32,000 bases of DNA from Candidatus Helarchaeota ASGARD archaeon Hel_GB_B (GTDB lineage: Archaea > Asgardarchaeota > Lokiarchaeia > Helarchaeales > HEL-GB-B). This document shows, in pieces, positions 1 to 9,533 of this stretch (positions are counted from its first letter, which is position 1; each line of letters begins with the position of its first letter). The DNA is taken from positions 33,610 to 65,609 of the forward strand of contig SUPR01000005.1 in assembly GCA_005191425.1 (NCBI GenBank). Direction: 5' to 3'. The translations under genes and the position numbers were made by a program. The notes under the pieces are model-generated. The model searched no databases, was not told where the DNA came from, and saw only the letters and a list, made by a program, of their open reading frames with translations.

Positions 1-1
1 A

Positions 2-541
2 CTTAAAGTCATTGAAAAAGGTGACTCAAAAGTATTAATGGCATATAGCCCTGATTTAGTTCTCGCATTGGTCTGCAATACAAAAAATAGCGAAGAGATG
101 GAAGAACTTAGGACAACATTAGAAAAAATTCTTTATGAAATCTTACAAACATATGCTGAATTCTTGAAGACATGGCGTGGCAATTTAAGAGAATTAGAGG
201 GCATTGGAGAAATAATTGAAGCAAATGTCCAAGATTTATTGAAAAAAACACCACCACCTCCGTTAATGACGCTTATTGAAAGTCCTGATAACTTTTATTT
301 TAATACTGATGATAGAGGTATTAATCTATATAATACTTTATTGAGAGACTCTAAAGGATTTGGGATGTTTATAAACAAATTACATGTCCCTATTGAATAT
401 TGTGATATGATCTTGAATGAAATTCACCCTTATAAGAAAAATGCTACCCAGATTGCAGACTCAATTGGAATTGATACTAATATTATAATGGCAATTTTGC
501 GGACATTCAGAATAAGAGGTATTGTGAATATTTGGATGTAA
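2..541 (+). CDS. 5'-truncated longin-like domain + C-terminal winged-helix protein
   Basis: Frame is open from base 2 (LKVIEKGDSKVL precedes the Met at 38), so the gene starts left of the window. KVLM..LVLALVC...YAEFLKTWRGNLREL resembles the C-terminal half of Asgard longin domains (W-x-G motif). A PPPP linker follows, then an HTH-like end (ATQIADSIGIDTNIIMAILRTFRIRGIV). Confidence 0.6.
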   Translation, partial: LKVIEKGDSKVLMAYSPDLVLALVCNTKNSEEMEELRTTLEKILYEILQTYAEFLKTWRGNLRELEGIGEIIEANVQDLLKKTPPPPLMTLIESPDNFYFNTDDRGINLYNTLLRDSKGFGMFINKLHVPIEYCDMILNEIHPYKKNATQIADSIGIDTNIIMAILRTFRIRGIVNIWM

Positions 542-796
542 TACAAATTTGTTTTTGTGATTTTTGTGTATTTATATATCAAATCTCCTTTTTTATTTTC
601 TTTTTTCATTATTTTGAGACTTTTATGTGAAATTAAATTTAAAAAATCTGTAATTTGATAATAATTTTTGAAAATTTATTACTCTTTAATGTAATTATCC
701 AATTTCTATCTGTAAAATTAGCCAAGATACAATTTAATGGAACTAAAAAATAGAGAAATGATTTTTTTTTACTTTAAGATTAAAATAGGTCATTCT

Positions 797-1009
797 TTAT
801 GTTTCAGACATTATTAATGCAATTTTTCTTACAACTGCGGCTAATACTCCTCCTATTGCAATGACTGCGACCCCTGCTATCATACCAAAAATATTTAAAT
901 TGATTGCTTCATGACCAATCATATATCCTCCAATGAAAAAAATCATTCCCATAATAAATGCTATCATATTTCTTATTGATTTTAAATGCTTTTTAATATT
1001 TTCGTCCAA
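797..1009 (-). CDS. Small two-TM membrane protein (70 aa)
   Basis: TTG start preceded by an SD-like AAGGTGG; two hydrophobic Gly-rich helices; basic ends. Confidence 0.65.
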   Translation of the reverse strand: MDENIKKHLKSIRNMIAFIMGMIFFIGGYMIGHEAINLNIFGMIAGVAVIAIGGVLAAVVRKIALIMSET

Positions 1010-1841
1010 TATTAGTCCACCTTTTTTAATTTTTCAAATTAAACCAAATTAACAAATTTCTTTTGCATAGAAAAAATTTTGCTAATATATTGTTTTCATT
1101 ATTTTATATGAATTTAAATTAAAATTTTGTATAATATTCAGTTTGTTTAATTTTTAATTTATTCTCTTAATGTTCCATTTTTTTAAAAAAGATTAAAATT
1201 TTGATCGTAAATGTATTTTTTTATATTTTTTCCAACTTTTTAGATTGATTACAATCAGTCTTATTACTGACCTATTTTTTTTAGTATAAGACTTGTATCT
1301 TGAATTTTTTTATATTTGAAAATACAATATTAAGAAAAAAAGCAATTTCTATGACCTTTTTAAAAGGTATGTGATAAGCTCTTAAATTTAACGGCTTTTT
1401 CATTATTGGAGACTTTTTTTAATTATTTTAGATTAAGTATTAGTAAATTTGTATATTATGTAATTAAATTCTAATATTATTAGACTTATAGTTTCTATAA
1501 AAAATCTTCTTAAGACTTAATTTGGATTTTAGTCTGTAAATTTTTTCAAAATAATATCTCTGATTAAAATTCTCGTATAAAATTGAATGGAATATTTATT
1601 TTTAATATGTATTTTAATTTTTCTTATTAAAAAAATCCAAGTAATTTAGTGATTTAATATATATATAGAAGTTATATAGAAGTTTTGTTAGATAATTATA
1701 AAAATGTAATAAAGAAAGTAATAAAAATTTAAAAATTGAAAATATTTCATTAATATTAAGGGAATTCAAATTCTAATATAGAATATCAATTCATTTGTAA
1801 AATTCCAATAAAAAGACGGATTTCATTAAATTCAATTAAAA

Positions 1842-2870
1842 ATGATAAGAATGGAAGATTTTGATATATTTGCTGTATCGCAAGGTTTAAAATGGTTGAT
1901 GAGGACATTTTTCAAACAAATGGCAATGAAAGAGGGATTAAATAAATTATTGAATGAAGGAAAATCTTTCGTACAAATAGTAGAAGCACAAGGTTATAAA
2001 AATTTAAGGCTAGCAGAAGCATTTATATCTTTTTTGGAGTCTGAAAACATTTTAATGAAGGATGGTGGAAAATTCAAATGGATTGATAGACCTGAAAAAG
2101 TAAAAGGAAAAATAGTATTAGAAGAAGAGGCTAGAGCCCAAAAAATGGTCCAAGAAAAGGCACTTCCTTTATTTGGAATTTTAAATAATTATATTCAACA
2201 ATTACCTGATGTTTTAAGAGGTCAAGATACTCATAGAGCTCCTGAATTAGTAATATGGGACGCTTTATCTGAAACTGAGTTTTACAATTATTTAAGATAT
2301 CAAGCAATTATGATTGGGGAACTCCCTAAAAATTCAATTTTATTGGATATTGGGTGTAAAACAGGTTGGTCTACCATCAACCTCATTGAATATTTAGACC
2401 CAGTTAAAGTTTATGCTTTAGAAGCAGATGAAAATATGATCGACTTAGCTTATGAAAATTGTTTAGCCAAGGGGTTCTCAGAGAAAGTAGAATTTATTCC
2501 TATTGACTTTTTGGACGAAAGTAAATTTCTTGATTTAAACATTAGAGCTGATGGCGGTTTTTTTAATTTATTTTTTAACAACTATACTGATGATCAAATG
2601 GCTGATATTTTATATAATATTAGAAATCTTCTTAAAACAAATGCCAAAATTGCAGGATTACAGCCAATTAAAGATTCAGATGCTATAACTCCTGCTGAAT
2701 TATTATTATTTGCTGATAAAACTTTTTTAGGTTATCCTGAGTACACTGCATTTAAAAATTCATTTGTTAGAGCAGGATTTACTCCACCTAAAATTGAAAG
2801 TAGCATGTATTTTTCTACTACTTTTGAAATGGAGGTCGAAAAGGAACCTAAATTAGGTAAAGGAAAATAA
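1842..2870 (+). CDS. Class I SAM-dependent methyltransferase with N-terminal HTH-like domain
   Basis: Motif I LLDIGCKTGWS, acidic end of strand 2 (VYALEAD), IDF motif, terminal hairpin. Substrate unknown. Confidence 0.8.
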   Translation: MIRMEDFDIFAVSQGLKWLMRTFFKQMAMKEGLNKLLNEGKSFVQIVEAQGYKNLRLAEAFISFLESENILMKDGGKFKWIDRPEKVKGKIVLEEEARAQKMVQEKALPLFGILNNYIQQLPDVLRGQDTHRAPELVIWDALSETEFYNYLRYQAIMIGELPKNSILLDIGCKTGWSTINLIEYLDPVKVYALEADENMIDLAYENCLAKGFSEKVEFIPIDFLDESKFLDLNIRADGGFFNLFFNNYTDDQMADILYNIRNLLKTNAKIAGLQPIKDSDAITPAELLLFADKTFLGYPEYTAFKNSFVRAGFTPPKIESSMYFSTTFEMEVEKEPKLGKGK

Positions 2871-2924
2871 AATAAAAAGTAGAAAATTAAATATTATAAA
2901 CATAGCTTTAGAAGGTAGATTTAA

Positions 2925-3953
2925 ATTAACTCAATTTTTGAGAAAATTCCTGAACCTCTTCTTTACAATGTCCTTGAAAGATATATTAAATTTAATTCAA
3001 AAGCAAGATATTTTTTTAGTTCGGGAGAATTAGAAAGTATAAAAAAGGCTAAAAAGGTTTTTGAGAATAATGATTTAGCTAAATATAAGGAAGACTTGCT
3101 TAATGAATATATTAAAGAAGGTTGGAGTAATATTGAAGAATTTGATATTAATAATTGTCCCATAATATTTCTTAAAAGGGGTTCAGATAAACTTATTTTA
3201 ATACTTGCAACAATGGACAATAAAACTTATTTATATTCTCAATTATACCTAAAAGAAGAAAATAAAGATAAAGTGAAACTAAATTTAATTGAAAACTCTC
3301 AGGTCTCTATTAATTTAGGCGATATTTTAGACCATTTATATGCCCTTTATGTTTTTTATTTCAATGGTACTACTATTTTTGAATATCAATTTAAAGAACA
3401 GAAAATCGATAGCGACCTATTCACGAGTATTCTCTCAGCAATTAGTGATGTTTTAAAAGAAGCAACAGGTAATTTAAGTAATATTAAAGAAATTTCTCAA
3501 GAAAATTTATATATTATTTTTGAACATGAAAAACTTTTTTCTACTATTTTATTGTGTGATATAAATATTCCCAATATCCGTATTATCCTTAAAGAATTTA
3601 ATAACACTTTTTTAAGAAATTTTAACGAATATTTAAAAAATTGGACTGGTGAAGTTAGTAAATTTAAAAATACAATAAATATTATCAATGATATTTTCAA
3701 AGTTGATAAATTAAAAGATAAACTAAATAAAATTAATATCGCAACCGACAAAACGAATAATTTGGAACAAACAAATTATATAAATAGTCCAAAAGATTCA
3801 GAAAATAATAATATAACAGAGAAAACATTTTATTATTATTGTGAATCATGCAAACAGTGGTATAAAGTAAATTTTGAAGGTGTTTATTCTTGTTTATATT
3901 GTGGAAATATTTTAATTAATAAAACAGATTTTGTTTTAAAATATAAACAGTAA
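2925..3953 (+). CDS. Longin-domain protein with C-terminal C4 zinc ribbon; start uncertain (ATT 2925 or TTG 3096)
   Basis: Longin pattern YVFYFNGTTIF..DSDLFTSILSAISDVLKE..IKEI..NWTGEVSKF; C-terminal CESC-x13-CLYC. The frame stays open for 57 codons upstream of 3096, back to ATT 2925, which follows GAAGGT at 2911-2916. Confidence 0.7.
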   Translation: MNSIFEKIPEPLLYNVLERYIKFNSKARYFFSSGELESIKKAKKVFENNDLAKYKEDLLNEYIKEGWSNIEEFDINNCPIIFLKRGSDKLILILATMDNKTYLYSQLYLKEENKDKVKLNLIENSQVSINLGDILDHLYALYVFYFNGTTIFEYQFKEQKIDSDLFTSILSAISDVLKEATGNLSNIKEISQENLYIIFEHEKLFSTILLCDINIPNIRIILKEFNNTFLRNFNEYLKNWTGEVSKFKNTINIINDIFKVDKLKDKLNKINIATDKTNNLEQTNYINSPKDSENNNITEKTFYYYCESCKQWYKVNFEGVYSCLYCGNILINKTDFVLKYKQ

Positions 3954-3972
3954 TAATTATAAGGAATATACA

Positions 3973-4785
3973 ATGAAATTCTGCTTTTATAAATCTAATT
4001 ACAAGATATCTTATGATAAATCCATAATAAATGATTACAAATTTAAAAATATTAGAATTGAACTAAAGTACCTTTTATGTGGTCCACCTGCTTCTCCAGA
4101 AGAAGGTATTTATTATAGAATTCTTACCTCAAAAAAAAGAAGGTCAATTTGTATCCAAAATATCTTTTTTTATAAAATTCAACGTTTTCCTTTTCATATT
4201 CACGATTATCATCCTTTTTATATATATTTAGACCTAAATAGACGGGTTAAGTTTATTTTAATAGACGATGGACACCATTTTTCAAAAAAAATATCTATCC
4301 CACAAAATTCTAAAATAAAAAAAGTAACTATAACGGTTTTTCTTCCAGACCACGGATTAACTAATAAATTAAGCAAATTTGGGAAAATTTTTAAACCTAA
4401 ACTAATCCCACTAATGCATCAAAAAATTTTAGAGTGGTGGACATACGATAATATGGCGCAACTCAAACTAAGGACAAAATTAATAGATCCTTGGGCAGAT
4501 GGTTTAATTCCAGACAAAGCTATGGAAAATGACTCAATATTAAACAGAATAAATTATATTTTACCTATGAAAATACTACCAAAATCTGAAAATAATTTGT
4601 TTTACTCATTTAGAGATGAAGCGTTATGTCCAATTTGTAATAAAATATACTTATTAGATTTAATGCATGTTCATAGAAATAGTTCTGTTAATAAATATTA
4701 CTTAATTAAAAAACAGAAATGTATAAATGGGCATGAATTTACAATAAAGTACGATTTTGAAACTGGGAAAATAAAATCGTATTAA
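3973..4785 (+). CDS. Hypothetical protein with His-rich motifs and C-terminal zinc finger
   Basis: 270-aa ORF 19 bp after the previous gene; HIHDYH, DDGHH and DHG motifs; CPIC...CINGH at the C-terminus. Confidence 0.65.
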   Translation: MKFCFYKSNYKISYDKSIINDYKFKNIRIELKYLLCGPPASPEEGIYYRILTSKKRRSICIQNIFFYKIQRFPFHIHDYHPFYIYLDLNRRVKFILIDDGHHFSKKISIPQNSKIKKVTITVFLPDHGLTNKLSKFGKIFKPKLIPLMHQKILEWWTYDNMAQLKLRTKLIDPWADGLIPDKAMENDSILNRINYILPMKILPKSENNLFYSFRDEALCPICNKIYLLDLMHVHRNSSVNKYYLIKKQKCINGHEFTIKYDFETGKIKSY

Positions 4786-5618
4786 AAATTTCGTTCAAAG
4801 TCTTTAATTTTTTTATATTTATAATTTAATGATTCTATAAAAGGTATTATTTTTTTTCTTTGGATCGAATTTGTACCTTTCCAATCAAAAACAAAAGCTT
4901 CAATTGGTTCTTTAGATTTTTTTATACATTCAGAAATCATTTTTTTACTAAGGGAATCAATAAAATATTTCGGGATTATATGGGAAACTGTAAAATTTAT
5001 GTCTGGATTACCAACAACTTTAGAGAATTTTTGAGCATAATGCGGACCACCTATTCCAATATAATTTTTATAGACCTTTTTTGATTCTGCTACTTTAATA
5101 ATTGCATAAGAAACAGCTAAAGCGCCTTTAGCATTTTTCCATTCCTTTGGTGTGCTACCTAATTCAATGAAAACTAATGGAGTGTCTAATTGTGTTGGCC
5201 CATGATGTGTAACTTCTAAGCTAACATCAAAATCATCCAATTCTAACTGTTCCTTTTGATTTTTTAATTCAATTAATGCTGTTTTCATAGCTGACCCTGA
5301 AGAGAATGCTATTTCATTTGGTCTTCCCCCATAATCAGCATTATCACCCCAATTACCAGTGCAATGTACTAATAGTGATGGTCTACCAGACTCTGATTTA
5401 TGCTGACTTCCGAAAATAAGTAAATCACTTCTTAAAATATCTAAATGGTCGCAATAAAGTAATTCTCTATTTGTTGTAATTAATCTTATTTCATTCTTTG
5501 TCCAAATATCGTTTCCCTCAAATTTTTTATTAATCTTTTTAAAACCGAAATTTTCAGTTAATTGTTTAAAAATAGATTGTCCTGCTAAATCTTTAGAGGA
5601 AATAATTATATCTGGCAT
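4782..5618 (-). CDS. dtdA: D-aminoacyl-tRNA deacylase (archaeal DtdA/GEK1 type)
   Basis: HKSESGRPSLLVHCTGN, EVTHHGPT, FIELGS and GIGGPHYA motifs. Confidence 0.93.
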   Translation of the reverse strand: MPDIIISSKDLAGQSIFKQLTENFGFKKINKKFEGNDIWTKNEIRLITTNRELLYCDHLDILRSDLLIFGSQHKSESGRPSLLVHCTGNWGDNADYGGRPNEIAFSSGSAMKTALIELKNQKEQLELDDFDVSLEVTHHGPTQLDTPLVFIELGSTPKEWKNAKGALAVSYAIIKVAESKKVYKNYIGIGGPHYAQKFSKVVGNPDINFTVSHIIPKYFIDSLSKKMISECIKKSKEPIEAFVFDWKGTNSIQRKKIIPFIESLNYKYKKIKDFERNF

Positions 5619-5632
5619 AAATTATTCCTTTT

Positions 5633-6550
5633 CTAATGCTTTGGAAATAATAAATCAACAAAATATTCAGCATTAAATGGGATTAAATCATTATATGACT
5701 GACCTGTCCCTAAAAATATTATTGGTTTTTTAGTTGAATATATAACTGATACCGATGCTCCTCCTTTTATATCAGCATCTGCCATAGTTAATATGGAACA
5801 ATCAATACCTACTTTTTCATTAAAAATTTTTGCTTGCTGATATGCTGTATTGCCTGATAATAGGCTACCTACAAAAATTTTCAATGTCGGTTCTGATACT
5901 CTTATTATTTTCTCCAGTTCACGGATCAAATTTTGGTTTGTTTCCATCCTACCAGCTGTATCTATTAAGACAACATTAACATTTTTAGCTTCAGCATGGT
6001 CTATAGCATCAAATGCTACACTAGCGGCATCTGTTTTATAGTCATGTTTTATTAATTTTATACCAAGATTGTTTGCATGTTTTTGAAGTTGCTCAATTGC
6101 GCCAGCTCTAAAAGTATCACATGCTGCAAAAACTGATGAATAATTATTTTTTTGTAAGTAATATGCAATTTTAGCTATAGTAGTAGTTTTACCTTGCCCA
6201 TTGATACCTAAAAATAAAAGGACTGCTGGTATTCCTTCCCTCTTTTTTTCCTCACATAATTTTAATAAATCAATATTCACATTTTCAGCGGAATTTAAAA
6301 TGTTTATGATGGACTGTCTTAAAATTTTTTGTGCATATGTTTTCTTTCTGGAAAATCTACTAACTTTTTCTCCCCCATAGTTCTCTTTTATATATTCACA
6401 AATTTCTTCTACAGCTTCAATAGCAATATCTAGTCCTACAAGTTCCATTTGAAATTTAGATAATTGCTTTTGTAAATTCTCATCTGTAATTGTTTTTGTA
6501 GAAATTTTATTCGCAAAATCTTTAAAAGAATTTTTCAATTTTTCAAACAT
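5633..6550 (-). CDS. ftsY: Signal recognition particle docking protein FtsY
   Basis: GINGQGKTTTIAK, DTFRAGAIEQL, DTAGR and GTGQSYNDL NG-domain motifs; short N-terminus; position after pfdA. Confidence 0.96.
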   Translation of the reverse strand: MFEKLKNSFKDFANKISTKTITDENLQKQLSKFQMELVGLDIAIEAVEEICEYIKENYGGEKVSRFSRKKTYAQKILRQSIINILNSAENVNIDLLKLCEEKKREGIPAVLLFLGINGQGKTTTIAKIAYYLQKNNYSSVFAACDTFRAGAIEQLQKHANNLGIKLIKHDYKTDAASVAFDAIDHAEAKNVNVVLIDTAGRMETNQNLIRELEKIIRVSEPTLKIFVGSLLSGNTAYQQAKIFNEKVGIDCSILTMADADIKGGASVSVIYSTKKPIIFLGTGQSYNDLIPFNAEYFVDLLFPKH

Positions 6551-6628
6551 ATTTTATAATCCCTCAAATTTAAAAACTAAAAGAAACAAAAATAGAAATC
6601 CAGAAATTAACAAAAAATCATAATATTG

Positions 6629-7099
6629 TTAACCTGAAGGAAATTGACCAGATGTTTGGCTTGATACTTCTCTTAATATATCTTCCTTCTTTTGCTGTAA
6701 ATCTTGAATTTCACTTAATAGCCTTTGGTAATCTGCTTCAATCTGTTGTCTCGTATTATTTAACATTTCTATATTTTTGTCAATAAATTCAACTGTTTCC
6801 TCAGGTGTTTTTATAATTGAAATATCTGCACCAACATTTACAATAAAACTACTGGGATCTTGAATTTTTGCTTTAAAATACATTATATTACCAATGGGAA
6901 TTAATATTTCATCATTTTCCTTGAGTTCCTTCATGCTTTCCACAGTATTTTTTGCAATCTCATAAGTTTCAATATTTGAATAAACTAACCCTAATTGATT
7001 TTGAATTATCGGTACCTGTTCTTCTAATTGTTTAAGTGCTACTATAACTCTTGTATATGCATCTTGTATATTTTCTGGATTACTTGGATTTTTATTCAA
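6629..7099 (-). CDS. pfdA: Prefoldin alpha subunit
   Basis: Coiled coil, then EILIPIG..FIVNVGADISI hairpins, then coiled coil; TTG start overlapping the rpl18a stop; conserved rpl18a-pfdA-ftsY order. Confidence 0.92.
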   Translation of the reverse strand: MNKNPSNPENIQDAYTRVIVALKQLEEQVPIIQNQLGLVYSNIETYEIAKNTVESMKELKENDEILIPIGNIMYFKAKIQDPSSFIVNVGADISIIKTPEETVEFIDKNIEMLNNTRQQIEADYQRLLSEIQDLQQKKEDILREVSSQTSGQFPSG

Positions 7100-7283
7100 T
7101 CATATTCACTTCCTCAATTTTGATATTATATCTTTTTACTTTATGACGAGATCCAATCCTCGAATAAAGTTTATGAATTGCATAATTCTCTGATTGCGCT
7201 ATTATTATCTGTTTAAAAGGATATTCCTTTCTCTCTTTTTTGTAAATTCCTATTATCTGAAATTTTTTAATGTCTTCTGGCAT
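7092..7283 (-). CDS. rpl18a: 50S ribosomal protein L18Ae (LX/eL20)
   Basis: KFQIIG...YAIHKLYSRIGSRHKVKRYNIKIEEV signature. The ATG at 7283 fits the family length better than the track start at 7340. Confidence 0.9.
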   Translation of the reverse strand: MPEDIKKFQIIGIYKKERKEYPFKQIIIAQSENYAIHKLYSRIGSRHKVKRYNIKIEEVNMIE

Positions 7284-7883
7284 AGAATCACATCTATTTT
7301 TCCATATTATCTTGAAATTATAATAATTATTATCAATCAAATGCTTTATTAATTGCTTTGTTTAATAAAAATATCCTAATAAAAATATTATGTATTAATT
7401 TTTTATTTTAAAATTGGACTAACAATAAAAAATAAAGAATTAAAATTTTAGATACTAATAAGAATAAATAAATTATAAACTTTTTTACATTTAACAATCA
7501 AATAGAATGACATTCAAATTATCTCTATATTATTTAAAAAGTATAAATGTCTAATAATTAATAATGATTGTTCATTAATTTTTTTACTGATAATTTCTAA
7601 TAAACACAAATTTTTAATCTCAAATTTGGAATTTCATGAAATTATTGCGCATTATTTTTAACTAAAAAAATGAGTTTGATTTTTATTTTAATTAATCAAG
7701 TAGTTTGTAGGTGGTTTTATAGGGACTTGAAATGTTATATTATTGTATTTAAAATTCTCATTTTGTTTTTTAGATAGATAAATAATTCGCGGTTTTAAAA
7801 AGCATTAATATTCTTAATTTACCTAAAATCTAATAAGTATATATAACGTTATTAAATAATACTAAAAGTTAAGAGGTTTAAAT

Positions 7884-8063
7884 ATGATTGATAAATTTAT
7901 TAGCGAACATTACATTAATAAGGAAATAGAAATCTATTTAGGAAAGAATGAAATATTAAGTGGCACAGTTGTCAGTTGTATTGACCAAGTATTAACGTTA
8001 TTAAAAGATGGAAAATATACGTTCGTGAGTATACATCACATTAAATGTCTATGGGAAAAATGA
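7884..8063 (+). CDS. MM0924-like small Sm/LSm-fold protein (59 aa, not in ORF track)
   Basis: Hand translation MIDKFISEHYINKEIEIYLGKNEILSGTVVSCIDQVLTLLKDGKYTFVSIHHIKCLWEK; SD GAGGT at 7873-7877; T-rich tract right after the TGA. Confidence 0.8.
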   Translation: MIDKFISEHYINKEIEIYLGKNEILSGTVVSCIDQVLTLLKDGKYTFVSIHHIKCLWEK

Positions 8064-8095
8064 AACTTCTTTTTTTCTTTTATTTTTTTCAGTCT
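8064..8095 (+). terminator. Oligo-T archaeal terminator candidate
   Basis: Long pyrimidine/T run immediately after the 8063 stop. Confidence 0.4.
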
Positions 8096-8186
8096 ATTTT
8101 TAATACATAATAATTAAATAAAACTTACTACATCCTTAACCTTAATTAAAAAAATCATAGGTCAGAAAATTCTAATATTCAATTTA

Positions 8187-9518
8187 TTGAATAATAAATC
8201 AGTGATTCAAATGTTAAAAATAAAAGTACCTATAAATGAAACGAAATTTGAAAAATCATTTAATACTTTTAATAATACTTGGGCATATTTAATTGAACAA
8301 ATCGAAGCAAATTTGAATTATATATTTGAGAATGAGACTGAAGTTTTAACGAAATTCATTCAATTTATTATATCATATTGTCATCCAGAATATAGTGGTA
8401 AGAGTAAAATTGTATTTGCATCTGTTGGACGGAGCTTATTTATGGGAGCAAAGACAGCTGCGATGCGCTTATCGCAACTAGGATTTAATGTGGATTTCCC
8501 ATATTCTAGCAAAGAAATTGCTGGCCCTGGAGGACCAGGTAGCAAAATAGAAGAAGGAGATGTAGTTATTGCCATAAGTACTTCTGGGAGTACCCCTTAT
8601 GTAGTAAATAAAGTTAATTATGCAAAAAATGCTGGTTGTTCGGTTGTAGCCGCGACAGCTAATGAAAGATCGTTATTGACTCAAGGAAATGTAGAGTTTA
8701 TCTTAAAAATTCCTGGTGAACATAATAAGAAGAAAATTCTGTCTAATTATGATGAAGGTAGTGTATTTGCACCCATGGGTACAAGTTCAGAGTGTACCCA
8801 AATGGTATTCTGGGAAATTATTGGGACTGGACTAAATTTTTTAATTCAAAAAATAAAAAGTGGTAAAGAACTTCAGTTAAAAGATTTTCAAGATGCATTA
8901 ACTAAAATAAGAGATACTTATAAAACTCTCTTATTTACCGCGAAACAACATTTGAAAAATTGTTCCGTAAATTACAATGATGAGATAAAAATGTTTATTG
9001 CAAATATGATACTTTTTTATTATTCGAATCACACGGTTCATTTATTTGGAAGAGGAAAAATATTTAATGTTGTAATTACGCCATTTGAAATGCGCCTTAG
9101 ACAGATGCCTCATGGTTATGTGACTTCAATCTTGAAATATGCACCTAAAAACAGACCTATCAGACCAGGTCAAATTGCTATTTTAGTTTCAGGTTCAGGT
9201 GGAATAGCTACAACTGCCAAAAAAGTAAAAGAATTGAGTGAAAATGGCTGTATGATCATGGCAGTTTCATCAGCGCCCTTAGAACATGAATTTTGGGCTA
9301 ATATAGACAACAAAATTAGACTTGAAGGTCGACAAAATTTTCGTGAAGGAAGCTGGGAAAAACAGCAATGGGAGGGATTACACGCCGATTTTGCTCCTGA
9401 AGGATTTCAATTTGAATTTAATAGTTGCGTACTTTTTGAGTCAATTTATGGTGCAATATGTAATTACATTGGAATTAGCGAGAATGATTTAAAAAAAGGG
9501 CATGCAAATTACGAATAA
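8187..9518 (+). CDS. Tandem double-SIS-domain sugar-phosphate isomerase (6-phospho-3-hexuloisomerase-like)
   Basis: Two repeats: FASVGRS..AMRL..AISTSGST..FAPMGTSSE and LFGRGK..EMRL..LVSGSGG..FAPEGFQFE. Start is TTG 8187 or ATG 8211. Confidence 0.8.
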   Translation: MNNKSVIQMLKIKVPINETKFEKSFNTFNNTWAYLIEQIEANLNYIFENETEVLTKFIQFIISYCHPEYSGKSKIVFASVGRSLFMGAKTAAMRLSQLGFNVDFPYSSKEIAGPGGPGSKIEEGDVVIAISTSGSTPYVVNKVNYAKNAGCSVVAATANERSLLTQGNVEFILKIPGEHNKKKILSNYDEGSVFAPMGTSSECTQMVFWEIIGTGLNFLIQKIKSGKELQLKDFQDALTKIRDTYKTLLFTAKQHLKNCSVNYNDEIKMFIANMILFYYSNHTVHLFGRGKIFNVVITPFEMRLRQMPHGYVTSILKYAPKNRPIRPGQIAILVSGSGGIATTAKKVKELSENGCMIMAVSSAPLEHEFWANIDNKIRLEGRQNFREGSWEKQQWEGLHADFAPEGFQFEFNSCVLFESIYGAICNYIGISENDLKKGHANYE

Positions 9519-9533
9519 TTTTTTGTATTAATA

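Noticed and set aside
1280-1405. 40-codon minus-strand ORF (MKKPLNLRAYH...) in the long spacer
   Set aside because: No SD, no recognisable motif, and of a length expected by chance.
7284-7340. N-terminal extension of rpl18a in the ORF track
   Set aside because: It is longer than the family; ATG 7283 fits.
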